From Cyclobacteriaceae bacterium (lineage in GTDB: Bacteria; Bacteroidota; Bacteroidia; Cytophagales; Cyclobacteriaceae), in NCBI GenBank assembly GCA_035327445.1, contig DAOLDI010000001.1, positions 1 through 30,389 of the forward strand: a stretch of 30,389 nt of DNA. Direction: 5' to 3'. Shown piece after piece: positions 1 through 7,472 of the stretch (position 1 is its first letter; each line of letters opens with the position of its first letter). The notes below the pieces were generated by a model. That model did no database searches, had not been told where the DNA came from, and saw only the letters and a program-made list of their open reading frames with translations. Position numbers and translations under genes: made by a program.

Positions 1-21
1 GATGATTAAGCCAGATAAAAA

Positions 22-792
22 ATGATGGGGTGGCGTTGTTTGCTGGTAATCTTTACTTTGATTTGTTCTTCTTGTTTTAAGAAATCAGTTGAATTATCAG
101 AATCAAATCCTCCTGATCATAGTCCGTTTACAATTCTGCTTCAAAAACATGTGAATGAAAAGGGAATGGTTAATTACCAGGCTTTTCTGAAAGACCGTAA
201 ATCATTAAGTGACTACCTTGAATCCTTAACAAAATCAGCCCCCGCCAAAAACTGGACAGAAAAAGAAAAGCTTGCTTTCTGGATTAATGCCTACAATGCC
301 TTTACCATAGCATTGATTCTGGAGTATTATCCGGTTGAGAGCATCAAAGACATTGGTCCTAAAATTTCTATTCCCTTTGTTAACACCCCCTGGCAGATTG
401 ATTTTATCGAAATCGGAAGCAAGAAATACAATCTTGATGATATTGAACATGGCATTATTCGCAAAGAGTTTGATGAACCGCGCATTCATTTTGCTTTGGT
501 GTGTGCTGCAGTTTCCTGTCCGAAACTCAGACATGAAGCTTATGAAGCAGAAAAGTTAGACATGCAATTGCAGGAGCAAGCCTTGGATTTTCTGATGGAT
601 GCAAGCAAAAATAATCTTAACGCAAATCCTGTTCAGGTATCCAAAATATTTCAGTGGTATGCTGCTGATTTCAAAAGCAATCATGCCTCAGTGCTGGATT
701 ATGTGAATTCATTATTGCCAAATCCCTTACCAACGAACACGAAGGTTGAATACGCAGAATATTATTGGGATTTGAATGAGCAGAAGAATTAA
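22..792 (+). CDS. DUF547 domain protein, probable lipoprotein
   Basis: Motifs LAFWINAYNA, LDDIEHGIIR and RIHFALVCAAVSCP are typical of DUF547; hydrophobic N-terminus ends in CSSC (lipobox-like). Confidence 0.85.
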   Translation: MMGWRCLLVIFTLICSSCFKKSVELSESNPPDHSPFTILLQKHVNEKGMVNYQAFLKDRKSLSDYLESLTKSAPAKNWTEKEKLAFWINAYNAFTIALILEYYPVESIKDIGPKISIPFVNTPWQIDFIEIGSKKYNLDDIEHGIIRKEFDEPRIHFALVCAAVSCPKLRHEAYEAEKLDMQLQEQALDFLMDASKNNLNANPVQVSKIFQWYAADFKSNHASVLDYVNSLLPNPLPTNTKVEYAEYYWDLNEQKN

Positions 793-1121
793 AATCCTTT
801 TTTCTTCAGCTTTGTTTCGGTGTGAATCATCAATGCAATTAGGCCAACCGTAAGATAGCCGGCTGCAAGCAAGGCAGCAGGTTTAGGGCCAATGCTGAAC
901 CAACCAAGAGCTTGAACTACCGGCATAGTAAGAAAAAAATAAAACATCAGCGCGCTGCTGTACTTGTTGGCAAAATCCCATGCCTCCTGACTGCGCATGG
1001 AACGGGGTGTTCGGTACCCATAAAAGTGATTTATTTTCTTTGGGGGGAAGCGCATGAATAAATAGCCAATCACTAACAGTGGCGGACTGATTATCAAATG
1101 AATAATTAAATCCTGTGACAT
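789..1121 (-). CDS. SdpI/YhfL family membrane protein
   Basis: PPKKINHFYGYRTPRSMRSQEAWDFAN matches the SdpI signature (N..YGYRT..S..S.EAW..AN); three hydrophobic segments. Confidence 0.85.
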   Translation of the reverse strand: MSQDLIIHLIISPPLLVIGYLFMRFPPKKINHFYGYRTPRSMRSQEAWDFANKYSSALMFYFFLTMPVVQALGWFSIGPKPAALLAAGYLTVGLIALMIHTETKLKKKGF

Positions 1122-1166
1122 ACTATGTGTTTGTTATTCCTTTTGTGAGTATCCACCTTCAATCCT

Positions 1167-1326
1167 AACGTCTTTGCGAGGAACGCAAAAATTTTTAAAA
1201 ATTACAAAGAATAAAATGTGACGAAGCAATCTTTTATTGAAAATAAGACTTCCTCTAATAGATTGCTTCGCTCCGTCATATCCACTTTAAATTGCAAATA
1301 CTCCATTATTCGCTCGCAATGACGTT
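1167..1326. repeat. REP-like nested inverted repeat (GTCATTGCGAG / CGAAGCAATCT type) with AT-rich loop inserts
   Basis: Outer arms aacgtctttgcgag (1167-1180) and ctcgcaatgacgtt (1313-1326) are 13/14 complementary; inner arms cgaagcaatct (1222-1232) and agattgcttcg (1260-1270) are perfectly complementary. Confidence 0.85.
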
Positions 1327-1391
1327 CAATTGTTATTTTAGGACTTGGCAGATACTCATAATTCCTTTTATTGAGCAGGCGTCCTACACCC

Positions 1392-2204
1392 TTAAATATT
1401 TTTTGCCTGCTCCCAATACTTATCCATTTCCGCTAAACTCATCTCGCCAAATTTTTTACCATCTTTTGCAGATGCTGTTTCTAGATATTGAAAACGCTTG
1501 ATGAATTTTTTATTCGTACGCTCCAGCGCTTCTTCTGGGTCTATGTGTATAAACCTGGCATAATTTACCAATGAAAAAAGTAAATCGCCAAACTCTGCTG
1601 TAGCTTTTTCTTTATCAATCTTTTCTGTTTCAACTGCATTAAATTCATCTTTGAACTCGCGCATTTCTTCTTCTACCTTTTCCCACACCTGTTCTTTCTT
1701 TTCCCAATCGAAACCTACGCCACGTGCTTTGTCTTGTATGCGGATGGCCTTAACCATAGCAGGCAAAGATTTAGGCACACCTTCAAGCACAGATTTATTT
1801 CCGCTTTTCAGTTTTATTTTTTCCCAGTTGGCTTTTACAGTTTGTTCATCTTCTGCAATTACATCTCCATAAATATGCGGGTGTCGCTCTACTAACTTAT
1901 CGCAAAGGGCATGCATCACATCGGCAATATCAAATGCTTTTTTTTCTGATGCAATGCGCGCATAAAAAACCAGGTGCAGCATCAGGTCGCCAATTTCTTT
2001 TTTGATTTCTTTCAAATCAGCTTCAAGTATCGCATCAGAAAGTTCATAGGTTTCTTCTATGGTGAGGTGGCGCAGCGTCTCAATGGTTTGTTTTTTATCC
2101 CATGGACAATTTTCGCGCAGTTCATCCATGATGGTAAGCAGGCGGTCGAAGGCTTTTAATTTTTCTGCTCTGCGCAGGTCGGGTGCTGAAAGTGGTTTTT
2201 GCAT
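1392..2204 (-). CDS. mazG: Nucleoside triphosphate pyrophosphohydrolase MazG
   Basis: LRENCPWDKKQT, EETYELSDAI, EIGDLMLH, KLVERHPHIYG and second domain EFGDLLFSLVNYARF. Confidence 0.97.
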   Translation of the reverse strand: MQKPLSAPDLRRAEKLKAFDRLLTIMDELRENCPWDKKQTIETLRHLTIEETYELSDAILEADLKEIKKEIGDLMLHLVFYARIASEKKAFDIADVMHALCDKLVERHPHIYGDVIAEDEQTVKANWEKIKLKSGNKSVLEGVPKSLPAMVKAIRIQDKARGVGFDWEKKEQVWEKVEEEMREFKDEFNAVETEKIDKEKATAEFGDLLFSLVNYARFIHIDPEEALERTNKKFIKRFQYLETASAKDGKKFGEMSLAEMDKYWEQAKNI

Positions 2205-2248
2205 AAACAGAACTTAAGGCCGGGTATGGCTGTTTGATAACTAAGAAC

Positions 2249-2256
2249 TAATTTTG
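2249..2256 (+). promoter_or_regulatory. Bacteroidota sigma70 -7 box (TAATTTTG) for the small Cys-rich membrane protein
   Basis: Exact TAnnTTTG, 17 nt upstream of the ATG at 2274; no clear -33 box. Confidence 0.6.
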
Positions 2257-2273
2257 CCCTAAATTAATTAAAC

Positions 2274-2504
2274 ATGACTACCGTACTTGTTGCCATCGGA
2301 TTTATTGCCCTCTTTTTTATTCTCATGTCTGTGCGACTGCTCTTTATTAAAGGTGGCGAATTCAAGGGTACATGTGCTTCTCAAAGTCCTTTCCTCAATA
2401 AAGAAGGCGCCACCTGCGGTTTCTGTGGAAAAACTGTACAGCCTGGCGATGCCTGCGCCAATCCTGATTCGGAGGTGAATAAGGTGATGGAGAAATTTAA
2501 GTAA
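2274..2504 (+). CDS. Small single-TM protein with four Cys (NqrM/DUF539-like)
   Basis: N-terminal TM helix, then FKGTCAS...CGFCG...C; own -7 box upstream. Confidence 0.8.
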   Translation: MTTVLVAIGFIALFFILMSVRLLFIKGGEFKGTCASQSPFLNKEGATCGFCGKTVQPGDACANPDSEVNKVMEKFK

Positions 2505-2566
2505 GCACCAAATTCCAAGCATCAAATCCCAAATTTTTGTTTTTTGGAATTTGAGTTTTGGTGCTT
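2503..2566. repeat. Hairpin with 7/14-nt periodic arms (possible terminator)
   Basis: aagcaccaaa (2503-2512) pairs with tttggtgctt (2557-2566) and ttccaa with ttggaa; left arm is a 14-nt tandem aagcaccaaattcc/aagcatcaaatccc. Confidence 0.7.
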
Positions 2567-2597
2567 TTCCTAGCCTTCCCAGCAAGGAAAAATTCGG

Positions 2598-2605
2598 TAC
2601 TTTTG
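2598..2605 (+). promoter_or_regulatory. -7 box (TACTTTTG) for the glmM-iscS-mnmD operon
   Basis: Exact TAnnTTTG, 20 nt upstream of the GTG at 2626. Confidence 0.6.
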
Positions 2606-2625
2606 CCCTGAAAATTTTGTGAAGC

Positions 2626-4032
2626 GTGACCTTAATTAAATCTATTTCTGGCATCAGGGGAACCATTGGCGGCAAGCCGGGCGATGCCCTTACACCTGTT
2701 GATATTGTAAAATTTGCGGCTGCTTTTGGCACCTGGGTAAAAGCTGCGGGAGGCGATAAAATCGTGATTGGCCGAGATGCCCGCATTTCGGGTGATATGG
2801 TGAATAAACTCGTAGTGGCAACCCTGCAAGGTTTGGGGCTTGATGTTGTTGACCTTGGGCTATCTACCACACCTACCGTTGAGGTGGCTGTGCCTTTAGA
2901 AAATGCCGGGGGAGGAATTATCCTCACGGCCAGCCATAACCCCATACAGTGGAACGCACTGAAATTGCTGAACAGCAAGGGTGAATTTATTTCTGCCGAA
3001 GATGGCGCCAAAGTTTTAGAGATTGCTGCAAATGATGCATTTGATTTTGCACAGGTGACCAAGCTCGGAAAATACACGCAGGATGATACCTATCTGCAAA
3101 AGCATATCGAGCAGATTGTAAAACTTCCGCTTGTAGATGTAAAAGCAATTCAGTCCAGAAATTTTAAAGTGGTGATTGATTGTGTGAACTCCAGCGGAGG
3201 CATTGCAGTGCCTGCATTGTTGCGCGCTTTAGGTGTTGAGCAAATCAAAGAATTGTTCTGCACACCCGATGGTCACTTTCCGCATAATCCTGAACCTCTG
3301 CCTGAACATCTCACGCACATTTCATCAGAACTCGAAAAAGGAAATTATGATTTGGGTATTGTGGTCGACCCTGATGTTGACAGATTGGCCCTGCTAAACG
3401 AAGATGGTTCTGTCTTTGGTGAAGAATATACTTTGGTGGCTGTGGCCGATTATGTGATGAATGCTGCTAAAAAGAAAAATCCGGTAACGGTATCTAACTT
3501 ATCCTCAACACTTGCTCTGCGCGATGTTACCGAAAAAGCAGGAGGAAAATATTTTGCATCTGCCGTTGGCGAAGTGAATGTGGTGAACATGATGAAAGAA
3601 AAGAAAGCCATCATAGGGGGTGAGGGTAATGGAGGAGTAATCTATCCTGATTTGCATTATGGTCGTGATGCACTGGTGGGCATTGCTTTGTTCTTAACGC
3701 ATTTGGCCAAATCAGGAAAGAGTGTTTCGAAACTTCGCGCCAGCTATCCCAACTATTACATCTCAAAAAATAAAATTGAGCTTACACCCGAAATGGATGT
3801 AGATGGTGTACTGGAAGAAGTAAAGAACAAATACAAGAAGCAACCCATTAATACCATTGATGGTGTGAAAATAGAATTTGAAAAATCATGGGTACACTTG
3901 CGCAAAAGCAATACCGAGCCCATCATTCGTATTTATGCCGAAGCCGATTCTGAATCTAAGGCAGATACTTTGGCGAAGAAAATAATTAACGATATCAAAG
4001 ACATCATCACCGAGCAAAAAACTGTATCATGA
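2626..4032 (+). CDS. glmM: Phosphoglucosamine mutase
   Basis: SISGIRG, phosphoserine motif TASHNP, metal loop DPDVDR, GGEGNGG, RKSNTEP; GTG start. Confidence 0.93.
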   Translation: MTLIKSISGIRGTIGGKPGDALTPVDIVKFAAAFGTWVKAAGGDKIVIGRDARISGDMVNKLVVATLQGLGLDVVDLGLSTTPTVEVAVPLENAGGGIILTASHNPIQWNALKLLNSKGEFISAEDGAKVLEIAANDAFDFAQVTKLGKYTQDDTYLQKHIEQIVKLPLVDVKAIQSRNFKVVIDCVNSSGGIAVPALLRALGVEQIKELFCTPDGHFPHNPEPLPEHLTHISSELEKGNYDLGIVVDPDVDRLALLNEDGSVFGEEYTLVAVADYVMNAAKKKNPVTVSNLSSTLALRDVTEKAGGKYFASAVGEVNVVNMMKEKKAIIGGEGNGGVIYPDLHYGRDALVGIALFLTHLAKSGKSVSKLRASYPNYYISKNKIELTPEMDVDGVLEEVKNKYKKQPINTIDGVKIEFEKSWVHLRKSNTEPIIRIYAEADSESKADTLAKKIINDIKDIITEQKTVS

Positions 4033-5168
4033 ATGTTTATTTAGACAACGCTGCAACTACCGCCTTAGACCCCGAAGTATTTGAGGCCATGAAGCCTTAT
4101 ATGATGGATAACTTTGGCAACCCTTCTTCAACCCATGCGCATGGCAGAAAGGTGAAGTCGGGCATTGAATCGGCCCGCAAGAAAGTTGCAGAGTTGCTGA
4201 ATACCACTCCGGGAGAAATCATTTTCACCTCAGGAGGTACAGAAGCAGATAACGCCATTATTTGTTCGGCAGTAAAAACTTTTGGTGTTAAGCATATCAT
4301 CTCTTCAGCAATTGAACATCATGCTGTGCTGCATACAGTTGAAAGCAATGCCCATGATGGCAAGGTGCAATTGCATTGGGTTGAGCTGGATGAAAAAGGT
4401 CATGTGAAACTCAATCACCTGGAACAATTGCTAAAGCAATATCCATCAGCACTGGTTAGCTTGATGCATGCGAATAATGAAATTGGAAATCTCTTAGACA
4501 TTGAACAAGTAGGAGAGTTATGCGATGCGCACGGTGCCTACTTTCATTCTGATACGGTGCAGACCATCGGGCATTACCGACACGATTTAAAGAAGATAAA
4601 GGTTTGTGGACTATCAGCAGGAGCGCACAAGTTTCACGGACCAAAAGGTGCGGGTTTTATGTACATCCGCAAAGACAAAAAGATTTCTCCCTTCATGCAC
4701 GGTGGCGCGCAAGAACGCAACATGCGCGGAGGCACTGAAAATGTGTATGGCATTATTGGTTTAGCGAAAGCATTGGAAATTGCTTATCGCGATATGGATG
4801 AGCATGAGCGCTACATCAAAGGTTTGAAAGCAAGAATGATTGAGCGCCTGAAAGAAAATATTCCGGGTGTTGCCTTTAATGGAGATTCTGCCAACCTCGA
4901 TAAAAGTTTATATACAGTATTAAATGTTTGTTTGCCTGAATCAGAAGACAAAGACATGCTCTTATTCAATTTAGATTTGGCCGGTATTTCTGCTTCAGGG
5001 GGTAGCGCATGCTCCAGCGGGGCGGCCAAAGGTTCGCATGTGCTGGAAGCTTTGGGTGTGAACCCTAACCGTGCTTCTATTCGGTTTTCTTTCAGCAAAT
5101 TCAACACAGCAGCAGAGATTGATTTTGCGGTAGAGAAGCTGAGCGAGATGTGTAAGGTTGAGGCTTAA
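4029..5168 (+). CDS. iscS: Cysteine desulfurase (IscS/NifS, class V PLP enzyme)
   Basis: YLDNAATT, GNPSS, FTSGGTEADN, HANNEIG, PLP lysine in GAHKFHGPKG, catalytic Cys in SGGSACSSG; ATGA overlap with glmM. Confidence 0.95.
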   Translation: MNVYLDNAATTALDPEVFEAMKPYMMDNFGNPSSTHAHGRKVKSGIESARKKVAELLNTTPGEIIFTSGGTEADNAIICSAVKTFGVKHIISSAIEHHAVLHTVESNAHDGKVQLHWVELDEKGHVKLNHLEQLLKQYPSALVSLMHANNEIGNLLDIEQVGELCDAHGAYFHSDTVQTIGHYRHDLKKIKVCGLSAGAHKFHGPKGAGFMYIRKDKKISPFMHGGAQERNMRGGTENVYGIIGLAKALEIAYRDMDEHERYIKGLKARMIERLKENIPGVAFNGDSANLDKSLYTVLNVCLPESEDKDMLLFNLDLAGISASGGSACSSGAAKGSHVLEALGVNPNRASIRFSFSKFNTAAEIDFAVEKLSEMCKVEA

Positions 5169-5171
5169 GCC

Positions 5172-5834
5172 ATGACTGTACAAATCATCACCACGGCTGA
5201 CGGCTCCCACTCATTACTCAATTCCGATTTAGACGAGACCTATCACTCGCGGCATGGTGCGCTGCAAGAATCAGCCTATGTGTTTATTAAAATGGGTTTT
5301 GATTTTTTTCTTGCGCAACACAAACCCAAAAGCATCAACATACTCGAAATAGGTTTTGGCACCGGATTAAATGCATGGCTTACGCTGCAACGTGCCAGGC
5401 AAACTAATATTCAGGTAAACTACACCAGCCTGGAAACTTACCCGCTGGATAAAAGCATTTGGTCAAACCTGAATTATGCTGAAAGCGACAAACAAAGTTT
5501 TGAACAACTGCACGAAGCTGAATGGAACAAAGCGGTAAGCATCCACAAAAATTTTAACCTGCACAAAATTGAAGGCAGTCTTCAAAATGCTTCATTATCA
5601 ACTATCCACTCTCACATTATTTATTTCGATGCTTTCGCGCCCAACAAACAGCCTGAGATGTGGGCATTGCCCCTGCTGAAAAAAGTTTGTGATACTTTAT
5701 TGCCAGGCGGGGTGTTTGTTACTTACTGTGCCAAAGGCCAGGTAAAACGCGATTTGAAATCTTTAGGTTTAAGTGTTGAAAACTTGCCCGGCCCACCGGG
5801 GAAGAGGGAGATGTTGAGGGGGCTTAAGCTTTAA
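5172..5834 (+). CDS. mnmD: tRNA (mnm5s2U34) methyltransferase, stand-alone MnmC methyltransferase domain
   Basis: TADGSHSL, ETYHS, ES.YVFI, ILEIGFGTGLN, YFDAFAP.KQPEMW, TYCAKG, PGPPGKREM. Confidence 0.93.
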   Translation: MTVQIITTADGSHSLLNSDLDETYHSRHGALQESAYVFIKMGFDFFLAQHKPKSINILEIGFGTGLNAWLTLQRARQTNIQVNYTSLETYPLDKSIWSNLNYAESDKQSFEQLHEAEWNKAVSIHKNFNLHKIEGSLQNASLSTIHSHIIYFDAFAPNKQPEMWALPLLKKVCDTLLPGGVFVTYCAKGQVKRDLKSLGLSVENLPGPPGKREMLRGLKL

Positions 5835-5861
5835 TTTTGTTATATTTATATAAATTTCAGA

Positions 5862-6332
5862 ATGCCGCTTATGAAAAACTGTATAACCATCTTATCCATG
5901 TTTTTTGCAAGTCAGGTACTTGCTCAGGAAATACTGTTAGACCGGATAACAGAAGCCAAATCATTAAAGCGTGGTAAGAAATATGATATTAAGTGGGCCG
6001 GACTCAGCGAAGCAGATAACCATCAACTACAATTGTTTAAAAATGATGAGCTTGTTTATGTTTGGGAAGAAGAGCCAGTATATGGTGTTTATCATGTTAA
6101 AATTAAGAGCAACATAAAGCCGGGTAACGGGTACAGACTTTATACTTTTAATACCGATACAGAAGAAAAATCAGCACCTTATTTAGTAGATATTAAAAGA
6201 AGAGTTCCGTTAGTTTATCAAACTGTTGGTACAGCCTTTATTACGCTCAGTGCAATATTGATTTATCAATCAACAAGGAGGTATGATTCCATCCAGTCAC
6301 CTCCTATTCCATACGCTCCAGACCCTGATTGA
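5862..6332 (+). CDS. Hypothetical exported protein: Ig-like beta domain plus C-terminal TM anchor
   Basis: Signal peptide ending VLA-Q; beta-rich core (KRGKKYDIKW...LQLFKN...IKPGNGYRL); hydrophobic segment after KRRVP; Pro-rich tail. 3' end overlaps the convergent gene by 29 bp. Confidence 0.7.
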   Translation: MPLMKNCITILSMFFASQVLAQEILLDRITEAKSLKRGKKYDIKWAGLSEADNHQLQLFKNDELVYVWEEEPVYGVYHVKIKSNIKPGNGYRLYTFNTDTEEKSAPYLVDIKRRVPLVYQTVGTAFITLSAILIYQSTRRYDSIQSPPIPYAPDPD

Positions 6333-6900
6333 AATTTATTATTCGATATGGGTTTAGTACTGCTTTCAGTTTTTCATCTAACGGATGGATTTCCGGAATT
6401 ACAGTTTCAGCCTCAAAAAAAGCAATCCCGATTTTTTTACACTCCACCCTGCATTGCACCAAAAATTTGTCGTAGTAGCCTTTGCCATAACCCAAGCGAT
6501 GGCCTTGCTGATCATAAGCCAAAAGAGGAACAAGCACCAAATCTAATTTTTCGGGTTCGCAAGGAATGCCTTGCTTAGGCTCTTGTATCCCCCAACTGTT
6601 TGTGTTCAATTGGTGTAAACCTTCAAAAAAATAATGTTCGAGTTCATTTTTTTCAGCATTCACTTTTGGAATGGCAATCCTGATGTGTGGATATTCTCTT
6701 CGGATGCGGTCGATAATCAGCCAGGTATCGGGTTCTCTTTTGCTGCTAATGGGCAGATAAGTGTGTATGACTTTGATAAAAGATAAATCGAAATTAAAGA
6801 AGAACTGCTCACAGATTTGCCGATTCATGTGCAGGTACTCAGCTTCTGAGAGCGCTGCACGTTTTGCTAAATAAATTTTTCTGAGTTCTTGCTTAGTCAT
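6304..6900 (-). CDS. ygfA: 5-formyltetrahydrofolate cyclo-ligase
   Basis: K.ELRK, EPDT, WGIQEP, and the signature LDLVLVPLLAYD..GHRLGYGKGYYDKFL. Confidence 0.95.
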   Translation of the reverse strand: MTKQELRKIYLAKRAALSEAEYLHMNRQICEQFFFNFDLSFIKVIHTYLPISSKREPDTWLIIDRIRREYPHIRIAIPKVNAEKNELEHYFFEGLHQLNTNSWGIQEPKQGIPCEPEKLDLVLVPLLAYDQQGHRLGYGKGYYDKFLVQCRVECKKIGIAFFEAETVIPEIHPLDEKLKAVLNPYRIINFNQGLERME

Positions 6901-6928
6901 TCAATGAAGGGAATAAAACCTTTAACAA

Positions 6929-7228
6929 TTATTTTACTCTCTCTTTCCATGTTTCCGGATTTCTGTGACTATGAAACACAGCTAATACAATTACTTTATC
7001 ATTATCCAGAAAATAAATCACTTTATATGGAAAGCGTTTTAAAAGACAAACTCTTACTTCTTTGTGCTTGATTTCATAAAGCAAAGGTTGTCGCTTCAGT
7101 TGATTTAGTGCAGCCTCAAGACTCAGCAAAAAGTCCTCACCCAATCCGGTTCTTATTTCCTCATACCATAGCCAGGCTTCTTCTATATCAAGTTTTGCCT
7201 CTTTGGTAATTTCAAGAATATGATTCAT
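6929..7228 (-). CDS. Type II toxin, RelE/ParE family
   Basis: EA..DIEEAWLWYE....GLGEDF, RFPYKVIY, VLAVFHSHRNP..W are typical of ParE-like toxins; ATGA overlap with the antitoxin. Confidence 0.92.
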   Translation of the reverse strand: MNHILEITKEAKLDIEEAWLWYEEIRTGLGEDFLLSLEAALNQLKRQPLLYEIKHKEVRVCLLKRFPYKVIYFLDNDKVIVLAVFHSHRNPETWKERVK

Positions 7229-7449
7229 GAAGATTTTTTCAAGGAGGATTTAACCTCCTCCCATGTATAGGTTTCAGATTTGCCTTGCTTGTAGTTTTCT
7301 AATCTTCGGTCTATCTCTTTTTGCTGGGCTGCGGTTAGTTGACTTACTTCATCTTTCTCCGCCTCTGAAATATTGTCCCAAATCTGCTCTACCAGCAAAA
7401 TTTTCTCAGCTACACTAAGCTCTAATATTTCTTTCAACTTTGGGTTCAT
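7225..7449 (-). CDS. Putative addiction-module antitoxin (TIGR02574-like)
   Basis: LSVAEKILLVEQIWDNI, Q.KEIDRRL..Y, TWEEVK; acidic 74-aa protein directly upstream of the toxin. Confidence 0.9.
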   Translation of the reverse strand: MNPKLKEILELSVAEKILLVEQIWDNISEAEKDEVSQLTAAQQKEIDRRLENYKQGKSETYTWEEVKSSLKKSS

Positions 7450-7454
7450 ATAGG

Positions 7455-7462
7455 TAAAGATA
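7455..7462 (-). promoter_or_regulatory. Near-consensus -7 box (TATCTTTA) for the TA operon
   Basis: Lies in the 23-bp gap after the bshC stop, 5 nt before the antitoxin ATG; 7/8 match to TATCTTTG. Confidence 0.5.
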
Positions 7463-7472
7463 CGACTAAAAT

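Noticed and set aside
1392-2204. MazG as an anti-phage or TA-associated effector
   Set aside because: It is the ordinary tandem-domain housekeeping MazG, with no mazEF or defence genes adjacent.
2268-3077. 269-aa minus-strand ORF
   Set aside because: Antisense shadow of glmM and the small Cys-rich gene; no recognisable motifs.
6901-7472. IS ends or target-site duplication around the TA cassette
   Set aside because: No terminal inverted repeats or direct repeats found at either junction.
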